38,284 nucleotides of DNA, from the IMG/VR virus record IMGVR_UViG_3300002301_000005, positions 1 through 38,284 of that record; one strand, given 5' to 3'. Each line of letters starts with the position of its first letter. The first letter of the stretch is position 1. This document shows, in pieces, positions 1 to 7,131 of this stretch. The notes beneath the pieces are model-generated. The model saw nothing but the letters and a program-made list of their open reading frames with translations. It searched no databases and had not been told where the DNA came from. The position numbers and the translations under genes are program-made. The stretch is from a virus.

Positions 1-65
1 GGGGGTACCCCTAGGGCTGGGGGGTCACTTACATTGTAGGTACTGGGGGCAACCTCCAGGGCTTA
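1..65. repeat. Left copy of the 65-nt exact terminal direct repeat (identical to 38220..38284)
   Basis: Base-by-base comparison of 1..65 with 38220..38284 shows identity. This could be a true DTR or a circular or permuted assembly overlap. Confidence 0.9.
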
Positions 66-261
66 ACGTTCCACGTGAAACATTGGGCGCTCATTGAGAA
101 CTCACTGGGCGCGAACCTTTGCAACCTCAAGCACTGGCGGGGCGGGGCGGCCCGTTCGCTCCATTCAATTGTAAATAACTTTACGTTTAGCACTCGCTGA
201 GGGTGACTGCTAATAATTGGGACAGAGTGGGGATCATCCTCATGCAACTTAAAGCCACAAG

Positions 262-546
262 CCGTTTACCTCACACTCTGATCCGTTTACAGTTCGAGGT
301 AAGTTCGATGAGGTAAGCTAACCCATTGATTCTATTACTATATTACTCTATTACCTTTCTACCTTTTATAAATAATAGAATAATAAGATATATATAATAG
401 TAGTAGGGGGTGTAGGAGGTGGGTAGGGGGAGGGGGTATAGCGGCTCTGAGGTAAAAGGTAAAACCCCCCTAAACCCTTATACCTATTGACTTAGCGGGT
501 AACTCGAACCACTTTAATATGCAAGGTAGCTCAATGTGTGAGGTAA
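262..546. repeat. Cluster of short iterated motifs (AGGTAA/TTACCT, CCGTTTAC, an 11-nt inverted repeat) in non-coding DNA
   Basis: AGGTAA at 297, 311, 450, 457 and 541. TTACCT at 266 and 351. CCGTTTAC at 262 and 283. TTACCTCACAC (266..276) is the exact reverse complement of GTGTGAGGTAA (536..546). Confidence 0.8.
329..441. repeat. Strand-asymmetric low-complexity block: G-free 329..377, C-free 364..441, 8-bp tandem T(C/A)TATTAC x3, then G-tracts
   Basis: Direct reading. TCTATTAC, TATATTAC, TCTATTAC at 331..354. TAGGGGG at 404 and 424. G-runs across 406..436. Confidence 0.8.
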
Positions 547-578
547 ATTCTATTAGGGTTTATACCTATAGATATAGT

Positions 579-606
579 TTGACACTACCTACATTGTATG
601 TATAAT
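579..606 (+). promoter_or_regulatory. Consensus sigma70-type early promoter
   Basis: TTGACA (579..584), 16-nt spacer, TATAAT (601..606). It lies about 50 nt upstream of the first early gene. The spacer contains the TACA-N-TGTA palindrome. Confidence 0.7.
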
Positions 607-656
607 AGGAACTGTAGTAAATCAGTTAATCTAACTTAAAACAAGGAATCAAGATC

Positions 657-1028
657 ATGACACAAGCAACAATGACACCAAGCCAAGCCGAAAAAGAAAA
701 CGATAACGGCTTGCGCCGTATGGTTGAGAATATCGCCCGCCAATTGTCCGAAGGTTTCGACCAGGAAGATGCTGCCGAATACGCAGAAAATGGCGAAGAG
801 TTTACCGCCTGGGATTACACCAAGGATGTGTTAGATATCAATTGGATCTTAAACAATGACCGCACTTATAAAGGCGCCCGCTTGTTGGTAGCTTTTGGCG
901 GTCCTAATATTTGGATCGATACTGTGAATGAGCAAGTAGAAGGCTATTGGTGGGGCGATAAATGTATCGTTTCATATAACGATAGCGTAGGCCTTAATGA
1001 TGTAATTGAAGAATTATTCCACTGTTAA
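657..1028 (+). CDS. Very acidic early protein, 123 aa, unknown function (first gene after the early promoter)
   Basis: ORF track. AAGGA about 10 nt upstream. By my count about 24 Asp/Glu against 9 Lys/Arg. No recognised motif. Confidence 0.8.
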   Translation: MTQATMTPSQAEKENDNGLRRMVENIARQLSEGFDQEDAAEYAENGEEFTAWDYTKDVLDINWILNNDRTYKGARLLVAFGGPNIWIDTVNEQVEGYWWGDKCIVSYNDSVGLNDVIEELFHC

Positions 1029-1041
1029 TAAGGGGGTAATT

Positions 1042-1128
1042 ATGCGCAAGTCATTAGAAATTATTTTATTTATCGTCATGGCCTCAGTGCTGGGAGTCAT
1101 GTTTGCAACTGCATTAATGGGGGTTTAA
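1042..1128 (+). CDS. 28-aa hydrophobic membrane peptide (MRKSLEIILFIVMASVLGVMFATALMGV)
   Basis: Hand-translated, below the track cut-off. AAGGGGG SD at 1030..1036. Fills the gap between neighbouring genes. Confidence 0.5.
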   Translation: MRKSLEIILFIVMASVLGVMFATALMGV

Positions 1129-1130
1129 TA

Positions 1131-1289
1131 ATGAATATGCTATTCAGTGATCTAAAGGTTTTATCAGTTTTCTACATGAACGGGACTAAGTGGGTTAAGC
1201 AATCAAGCCGAACCGCGCATATTTACGGCACTCCATCCCGTTGGTTTTACTTTGGTAAAAACGAAAACGTTAAGAAAGAGACAAAATAA
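1131..1289 (+). CDS. Hypothetical early protein, 52 aa
   Basis: Hand-translated ORF starting 2 nt after the previous stop. Its stop overlaps the next start (TAATG). Confidence 0.5.
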   Translation: MNMLFSDLKVLSVFYMNGTKWVKQSSRTAHIYGTPSRWFYFGKNENVKKETK

Positions 1290-1462
1290 TGAAAACCGAC
1301 TTCAAAGTGTATAAGCGAAAAATCCATGTTTATTATAAAAAGCCTAGCGGGCTCTGGTATGCCTGGAGTACTAACGCTTATAAAACTTGTCGCGATGCAG
1401 TAGCTGCGGCAAAGTTAGAGCGCCCACAATGGGAATTTAAAGCAAGTTTTGCAAAGGATTAA
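1289..1462 (+). CDS. Hypothetical basic early protein, 57 aa
   Basis: Hand-translated ORF (MKTDFKVYKRKIHVYYKK...). TAATG coupling to the upstream ORF. Ends 2 nt before the next ATG. Confidence 0.5.
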   Translation: MKTDFKVYKRKIHVYYKKPSGLWYAWSTNAYKTCRDAVAAAKLERPQWEFKASFAKD

Positions 1463-1464
1463 AC

Positions 1465-1656
1465 ATGATCCACAATTACCACGATGATCCCCGCACTTAT
1501 TCAAGTGTGGCCGAAGCCTTTAAAACGGCAGACTATGCAACGGGTTTATGGCGCTGCACTTCTACCCGCTGGGATCGAGTTCGCGCCCTGGCTGATTGGC
1601 TGGGGGTTTTCTTAATTGTTTTTGGCTTCGGATACTTAATGGGGCGCTTCCTATGA
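1465..1656 (+). CDS. Hypothetical early protein with a C-terminal transmembrane helix, 63 aa
   Basis: ORF track. AGGA SD 6 nt upstream. C-terminus is LGVFLIVFGFGYLMG. Confidence 0.6.
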   Translation: MIHNYHDDPRTYSSVAEAFKTADYATGLWRCTSTRWDRVRALADWLGVFLIVFGFGYLMGRFL

Positions 1657-1787
1657 TTATCTTGCGTTGGCTTGTGCACTATAGAGACAGACAAACGGGG
1701 GACAAGTGCGCCTGTGAGTTCCGAACTCGTAAGCGGGCTGATAACTTCGCCGCCCGTGTAGGTGGAACCGTTGAGCTCTTAACTTAA
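1653..1787 (+). CDS. Hypothetical early protein, 44 aa (shortened from track ORF 1596..1787)
   Basis: The ATG at 1653 forms an ATGA overlap with the stop of 1465..1656, matching the coupling pattern of this operon. Confidence 0.45.
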   Translation: MIILRWLVHYRDRQTGDKCACEFRTRKRADNFAARVGGTVELLT

Positions 1788-1911
1788 AACTATCAGTCTC
1801 AGGCCTTACCTAGTGAGGCTTTAGGCGGTTAATTTTGACCGGCAGGGGCGGCCGTATTCAGTCACGTGCAAACGTGAGGGAAGAGCTCACTTTAAAAATG
1901 GAGGTTTAAGA

Positions 1912-2130
1912 ATGCAATTAGCACATGAAGAAGCCCGCTTATACGCGGCTGGTGACGTAAAGGGGGCGGCCTTAATAGCTGAACTAGTGGCACTCAAGGC
2001 CGCAGCAAGTGCCCTGGTGGATCTAATTGAGGACAGTGTGAGGGACTCAGACGATGACGTCACGGCCACAATTGACACAACGGAGGAGGCTTATCAGGAA
2101 CTACTGGCCGCCTTAGATCTAGTCTTATGA
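1912..2130 (+). CDS. Acidic helical early protein, 72 aa
   Basis: ORF track. GGAGG SD at 1900..1904. Ala/Leu/Asp/Glu-rich. Confidence 0.7.
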   Translation: MQLAHEEARLYAAGDVKGAALIAELVALKAAASALVDLIEDSVRDSDDDVTATIDTTEEAYQELLAALDLVL

Positions 2131-2273
2131 TCATCACCCTTATCGCTTGGATAATCTCCTTCATTATCGGCGCTATGACGATGGCGGTCGTTTTATGGGC
2201 GGTGCGCATATTGTGGAAGTGCTTGATTGAAGGGGTGGAGTGGATAGACAACGGAGGCAATCCCTTTGATTAA
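2127..2273 (+). CDS. 48-aa membrane protein (MIITLIAWIISFIIGAMTMAVVLWAV...)
   Basis: Hand-translated. ATGA overlap with the previous stop. Long hydrophobic N-terminal segment. Confidence 0.5.
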   Translation: MIITLIAWIISFIIGAMTMAVVLWAVRILWKCLIEGVEWIDNGGNPFD

Positions 2274-2352
2274 TTCAATTTCAATCTACCATAAACACAA
2301 AAGTAAAAATTTTTTTGGGAACTTTGAAATCATTTTATGAAAGGTCAACCAC

Positions 2353-3003
2353 ATGATACAAATTATTAAACCATTCGATCAGTGCCTTTTGATTCAGTTT
2401 GACAACAAACGCGATCTGTCCCTGTCCTTTTGCCGAATCCAAGAGTTTCATGAGTCTAAGCTCGCTGATATTAAGGGGGTCCCCGCCTCTTTTGCGGATT
2501 TTATTTACGCTCACATGGATTCTAAAGGCGTGATCACTTACTTCAATGAATGGGATGGCTACAACTTTAACGATAAAGTATGGCGCAAATGGCTACCTTG
2601 GGAGCGTACTAAGCATGAGAAGCAGCTTATTAGCATCATGGAAGATGAATTAGATATTCGCGCCCCCTTTTATGTCATTGGTACGTTGATAGGTGACACT
2701 GCTACCGTCAATCATGAGTTAGCTCATGCCCTGTGGTATCTCAATTCAAATTATCACAAGATGGCTAGGGCGATCCTCAAAGTATTTAAAGAAAATGACT
2801 GTTTTGACTATGGGCGCATGCGTAAAGCGTTATCCGATATGGGCTATCACGATGATGTACTTGAAGATGAGCTCCAAGCCTATATGTCCACCGGTACATT
2901 GGCCGAGCTTAAAGAGATTGATTTTCACGCAGTAGTAAAACCATATGTAAACCGTTTCAGATCAAACTTTAAAGGAGCATTAAATGAACAACAAACCCTA
3001 TAA
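2353..3003 (+). CDS. Early protein with an HExxH zinc-metallopeptidase-like motif, 216 aa
   Basis: ORF track. VNHELAHALWY motif. Family not recognised. Confidence 0.7.
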   Translation: MIQIIKPFDQCLLIQFDNKRDLSLSFCRIQEFHESKLADIKGVPASFADFIYAHMDSKGVITYFNEWDGYNFNDKVWRKWLPWERTKHEKQLISIMEDELDIRAPFYVIGTLIGDTATVNHELAHALWYLNSNYHKMARAILKVFKENDCFDYGRMRKALSDMGYHDDVLEDELQAYMSTGTLAELKEIDFHAVVKPYVNRFRSNFKGALNEQQTL

Positions 3004-3148
3004 ACCTGAGCCACACCCTATGCAAAACCGTATTGATGACGCTAGATCTATACCCAGCCTTGTGACTGGGGGCAAGCGTGAAAAGCCTACAAATGAGATA
3101 GAACCTATCCCTTTTTATGGGCTTATGGCATTGAGGAGTGAGAAATGA
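2984..3148 (+). CDS. Hypothetical protein, 54 aa
   Basis: Hand-translated. AAAGGAG SD at 2971..2977. 20-nt overlap with the upstream gene. Its stop overlaps the next ATG (ATGA). Otherwise a 141-nt gap would remain. Confidence 0.5.
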   Translation: MNNKPYKPEPHPMQNRIDDARSIPSLVTGGKREKPTNEIEPIPFYGLMALRSEK

Positions 3149-3504
3149 ACGCAAATGAACTAGTAGCGTGGGAAGGTGCAGAAGAATGGGAACCTCTTGC
3201 ATGGGAATTATGTGCTGATGAGCATGGGGAAGAATCCTGTAACGATTTGATTTGGGATATGGGGGTTATTCCTGAGCCTTGGGGAGAAAGATGGCAAAAG
3301 TATGAAGATGAAGCGAAGCGCATGATTGCGATGGTAAGAAAATGCACCCATCCAGTAAAAGAACTAACAGATGAGGAAATAGCTGGAGCAGTTGCTAGAG
3401 GATGGTGTAGCGAAAAGAACTCAATGAAAACAATGGATTCTGATTTATCTTGGGCTATTGTTGAAGAATTAAAGGTAATACTAAGAAAGGCACAAAAGAA
3501 ATGA
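3145..3504 (+). CDS. Acidic Trp/Glu-rich early protein, 119 aa
   Basis: ORF track. Translational coupling on both sides. Confidence 0.7.
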   Translation: MNANELVAWEGAEEWEPLAWELCADEHGEESCNDLIWDMGVIPEPWGERWQKYEDEAKRMIAMVRKCTHPVKELTDEEIAGAVARGWCSEKNSMKTMDSDLSWAIVEELKVILRKAQKK

Positions 3505-3797
3505 GAATATTAATATTCATTATTGGGCTAGTGGTTGGCTATTCATGGGGTGGAAGTTGTCACGCCCAGGCCTTATTCCCACCTCAAAACCCTTGGAGTC
3601 AACCCCCTAGCCAAGTGGTCAACATTAGCAACGCACAAGGTACACCTTTGGGTACGGCCACAACCTATGGTGATACTACGTATTACGCTAATGCTGCCGG
3701 TAAACCTTTGGGCTACACTCAAAGTACTCCTGCGCCACAAGCAGCGCAACCGTATTACTTACCTCCAACTTTACCATTACCAAGGAGCTACAAATGA
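3501..3797 (+). CDS. Secreted Pro/Gln-rich protein with a signal peptide, 98 aa
   Basis: N-terminus MRILIFIIGLVVGYSWGGSCHAQA looks like a Sec signal ending in AQA. ATGA overlaps at both ends. Confidence 0.65.
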   Translation: MRILIFIIGLVVGYSWGGSCHAQALFPPQNPWSQPPSQVVNISNAQGTPLGTATTYGDTTYYANAAGKPLGYTQSTPAPQAAQPYYLPPTLPLPRSYK

Positions 3798-4333
3798 TTT
3801 ACTTACTCTATATTCTCATCGTCCCAGTTCAGTTAGTTCTTGCCTACATTGTGTCTTACCCATTGGCTTTAATCTTGCCACTGTTTGCTTCAAGTGTTTT
3901 TGGGCCAATCGATAACAATTCAGGTACAGGGTTTGGGCCACGCTTACCTAATTGGCTGGCGTGGTTTCAAACTTGGGATAACTCATTGTTTGGTGATAGT
4001 ACCTTTCAATCGATTAATGGCACTAGCTATCTAAGTATGGTGAAGTGGCTAATTCGTAACCCATTGCCTTGCTTTGCCATGCGTGTATTAACTAATGACA
4101 CTTACACAATCTCTGGTAATAACGCAGTATCAGATGGTGCGCGAGGTGTGGCCGGATCAGTGATGGTTAAGTCCAATGGCCTATTTCAATGGGTATGGAT
4201 TAAACAAATCAGCTCAACAAAGTGCATTTACATTAATTTGGGCTGGAATTTGCGGGCGATGACTATGGGTGCAACAACCCCATACAAGGCAACATTTTCA
4301 TTTTCCCCACGTCTTTCAGGGTTTAGTTCATGA
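3794..4333 (+). CDS. Membrane protein, 179 aa, unknown function
   Basis: Hydrophobic N-terminus (about 2 TM helices) followed by a soluble domain. ATGA coupling at both ends. Confidence 0.7.
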   Translation: MIYLLYILIVPVQLVLAYIVSYPLALILPLFASSVFGPIDNNSGTGFGPRLPNWLAWFQTWDNSLFGDSTFQSINGTSYLSMVKWLIRNPLPCFAMRVLTNDTYTISGNNAVSDGARGVAGSVMVKSNGLFQWVWIKQISSTKCIYINLGWNLRAMTMGATTPYKATFSFSPRLSGFSS

Positions 4334-4512
4334 CTCCATCGATCATTAAAGACGTGCGCAAACAATCGGGCCTCACGCAAACGCAGGCAGGCATGATGAT
4401 AGGTGCGGCCTTATCTACTTGGCAGGCGTGGGAAGCTGGGACACGTAACATGCCCCAGGCTAAATACAACCTTTTCCTATTAATGACCGGCGTTACGCCG
4501 CCACAGCCTTGA
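4330..4512 (+). CDS. XRE/Cro-type helix-turn-helix regulator, 60 aa
   Basis: The GLTQTQAGMMIGAALSTWQAWEAGTRNMP pattern is typical of XRE-family HTH domains. Last gene of the early operon. Confidence 0.7.
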   Translation: MTPSIIKDVRKQSGLTQTQAGMMIGAALSTWQAWEAGTRNMPQAKYNLFLLMTGVTPPQP

Positions 4513-6814
4513 GGTGGGATGGCTGGGTTTGATCGCTGCTGTATTGATCAGCGACAACCCTGCCACTCTTACTAAAGCTAGGATGATTCTCTTTAACGTA
4601 TAAGCGCGGCTTGCAGCCATCAGGGCTCACCGCGTTATTGACTTGCCCGTTAGATAACCCTGGGTGCGGCACATAATCCATAGCCTTGAGAAGATCACGG
4701 CGCTTATTGGGTGGGTATTGACGTTCCGCGCCCACTTGCTTAATCAATTCATCTAGGAAGTGTGAGCTAATCCAGCCACACCTAAACCCAATCCGCTCAT
4801 TCTCGATGGCGTTTTGAATCTCTTGCTCTAAGCGACCTGCCGACTCCATCAACGCCTCTTCAAAACTAGATGTGGTGGGGGCGCGATGGCAATCGCCTGC
4901 CGGATTGAGCTCAGCAGGTATAGGATAAGTCTGCAAGTACTCAGTCACAATGGCGTAGCCGTCCCGCTTAAGCCATGAATATAGGTCAGGGAAGTAACTA
5001 CCGGCCATTCCGTCCCGCTTGATGTCCTCGTAAGTCTGCTGCTTGCAATAGAACACCGCCAAGCGGCGATCATCGCGAGTCTTACGGACGGCATCCTTAT
5101 GGTTCGAGTTGAGGATAAAGTTGGCACAAACGGCCCGTGACGCCTTTGCCCCACCCTTACCCTCAATCTCGATCCAATCGTCGGTGAGCATCGGTTTTAA
5201 GGCTTCTGCAAGCTCTGATTGGTGCTCACCAATGAATACGTCCTCAACACTAATGAATATTCTACCTTCAAGCCAATCATTAAAGCGGCTCGATAGCTCT
5301 TTTGCTTTTGGAGTGTGGCAATATTCGCGCCCGACGGCCTCGGTAACGCAGCGAGACAATAATGTCTTACCGTTACCTGGAGCGCCTTGAATGAGTGGCG
5401 CCCACTTAAATTTAACACCAGGGTACTGAACCACTGCGGCCATGTAGGCCAAAATGATTTGACGGTCATGCTCGTTAGGAAGGATCTTTTGTAAGTGCTG
5501 CAAGAAGGGCGCTGGGTTACCGCGCTTGCTAGGGGTAGAAATCTCGCTGTAGGTATTCACATAAATTCGATTACCACGACTCCAAATATCGGCAGCGGGG
5601 CGAGACGGTACAAACTCACCGGCATGTACTTTAGGAAAGCGTAAAGCCTGTGATTGCGTGAAGGCTTCCCACGCTGACTTGGTAGTCTTAGTATTGCTCT
5701 TATCGAGCACAAAGGAATAGCCACCACACATAGCATCAAAGCGCGATTGATTGAGCATGTGGCCACCTGGCATTAAGATGGAGTGAGCGTCAGAGACGTA
5801 CACGCAACCATCAAATAATAACTTTTGAGCGTCGGGGTGAATGTAAGTCTCGCCCTCCACATCGCGAGCCTTAACCACCAGCTTATTATCTTCAACGCTC
5901 TTATATTTGCACACTTCTTTTTGTTTAGCCACAGCCTGTAAAATCGTGCGCGGTAGATAATCTTCGCGGTCATACTTATCACGCTTGAGTGCAGAAATAA
6001 GCATTAAACGTTTCATGCGCTCGCAGTCTTTACCAGTCCAAAATGCTAAGTGTTGAGCTAAAGCTGCATCGGCGGTGCTCTCATCGTATGGGCGACCTGC
6101 ACCATCGGGGTAAGACTTACCTAGCGCCGCGGCATCACCAGTCCATAAGTCTTTAAATGTCGCCTTAGATCCAAATACACTACCTGAGCTCTTGGCATTG
6201 CAAGCATGTGAGATTAACTGCTCATCTTCAAGGGGACCGCTCCATTCCTCAACGGGGCCAAGCGACCAGCTCGCTTCTTGTAATTCTTCAGCAGTCTTAG
6301 GAAAGTAGCGATTAACTAATGCAGTAATGCCAGCGGTGCAGTCTTGCAAAGCGTTTCCGGTAGTACCTTCAGGATTGCCAAGTGCAACGAATCGACCCGT
6401 GTGATAGAGCTCGATTCCAGATCCCGAAGGGCCGCGGGTCTTATGCGGTGGAATTTGGCCGGTACCAAATAAATGCAGCCCGCGCCCTGATACGGAAACT
6501 TCAATAGCTGCGCCTGGCAATAAATTGCATATTTCTTGAGCAAGTGGGGACCACCCGCTAGGTAGCAAACACTCGTCAATATCAACAAACCAAAAGGGAT
6601 CGTTATCAGTAAAGACAAATCCCACTTGGCCGTTACCACAAGCGTAAGCGGTGTCGTAATCAGTCCAAATCGCTGGATCGTGTGCGTCGGCCACATTGCC
6701 GGTACGCCAATCGACTGGCATCTTATCCATCTTGCCAGGGCGTGAACTCGGTTGCAGTTTGTAAACAATGAACTGCCGGTAAGTATTTAAAGGTTGAAGT
6801 GCGGCAGGTAGCAT
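4493..6814 (-). CDS. Bifunctional AEP primase-polymerase / SF3 (D5 or P4-type) helicase
   Basis: N-terminal prim-pol motifs (FVDIDE, SVSGRGLH). Central Walker A GAPGNGKT. 773 aa. Confidence 0.85.
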   Translation of the reverse strand: MLPAALQPLNTYRQFIVYKLQPSSRPGKMDKMPVDWRTGNVADAHDPAIWTDYDTAYACGNGQVGFVFTDNDPFWFVDIDECLLPSGWSPLAQEICNLLPGAAIEVSVSGRGLHLFGTGQIPPHKTRGPSGSGIELYHTGRFVALGNPEGTTGNALQDCTAGITALVNRYFPKTAEELQEASWSLGPVEEWSGPLEDEQLISHACNAKSSGSVFGSKATFKDLWTGDAAALGKSYPDGAGRPYDESTADAALAQHLAFWTGKDCERMKRLMLISALKRDKYDREDYLPRTILQAVAKQKEVCKYKSVEDNKLVVKARDVEGETYIHPDAQKLLFDGCVYVSDAHSILMPGGHMLNQSRFDAMCGGYSFVLDKSNTKTTKSAWEAFTQSQALRFPKVHAGEFVPSRPAADIWSRGNRIYVNTYSEISTPSKRGNPAPFLQHLQKILPNEHDRQIILAYMAAVVQYPGVKFKWAPLIQGAPGNGKTLLSRCVTEAVGREYCHTPKAKELSSRFNDWLEGRIFISVEDVFIGEHQSELAEALKPMLTDDWIEIEGKGGAKASRAVCANFILNSNHKDAVRKTRDDRRLAVFYCKQQTYEDIKRDGMAGSYFPDLYSWLKRDGYAIVTEYLQTYPIPAELNPAGDCHRAPTTSSFEEALMESAGRLEQEIQNAIENERIGFRCGWISSHFLDELIKQVGAERQYPPNKRRDLLKAMDYVPHPGLSNGQVNNAVSPDGCKPRLYVKENHPSFSKSGRVVADQYSSDQTQPSHLKAVAA

Positions 6815-7131
6815 TATTCTTGTCCCATCATAAGCGTGTGTTCCATGGCGGCACGTTTGAGCTCTTCGCTTGCGTGATGTGCCTTAGACTCATTGGCGGT
6901 AAGCCCTTGAGCAATCACTTGAAGATCGTGCTTAGCAATTGCGTGACTAATAATGGCGCGACGTAAATGATTCATCGTGCCAAAATAAGTCGTAATCAAT
7001 CCCGTTGAACAACATGCCTTGATAGCAAGTGCATCCCGTGTGATCTTTTGATAACCGATCTCATGAGACAGCTCTAATGCCGCCGCTAATATTTCGGACT
7101 TACGTACTTCTTCCCCGCGTCTAACTTTCAT
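6814..7131 (-). CDS. Mini TetR-like HTH DNA-binding protein, 105 aa, no ligand-binding domain
   Basis: ILAAALELSHEIGYQKITRDALAIKACCSTGLITTYFG matches the TetR N-terminal HTH pattern. TAATG and ATGA coupling. Confidence 0.6.
   Translation of the reverse strand: MKVRRGEEVRKSEILAAALELSHEIGYQKITRDALAIKACCSTGLITTYFGTMNHLRRAIISHAIAKHDLQVIAQGLTANESKAHHASEELKRAAMEHTLMMGQE

Noticed and set aside
29-247. 72-aa minus-strand ORF inside the left non-coding region
   Set aside because: It has no Shine-Dalgarno sequence, runs into the terminal repeat, and has an odd composition. It lies in a region dominated by DNA-level repeats. It is most likely a chance ORF.
60-656. tRNA or other structured RNA gene in the long non-coding leader
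   Set aside because: I could not build a cloverleaf, and no GTTCRANNC T-loop with matching stems was found. The hairpins seen are short. This is not excluded, but it is unsupported.
3535-3915. 126-aa + strand ORF in an alternative frame
   Set aside because: It overlaps two ORFs (3501..3797 and 3794..4333) that are linked to their neighbours by ATGA stop-start overlaps and have sensible signal-peptide and TM features. The alternative frame has neither.
4945-6768. Nested ORFs on both strands inside the primase-helicase gene (for example 6316..6768, 5109..5390)
   Set aside because: They are all contained within a 773-aa gene with clear primase and Walker motifs. They have no independent start signals.
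4330-7131. Lysogeny module (XRE and TetR-like regulators)
   Set aside because: No integrase, excisionase, partition genes or attP-like site were recognised. The regulators alone do not justify calling the phage temperate.
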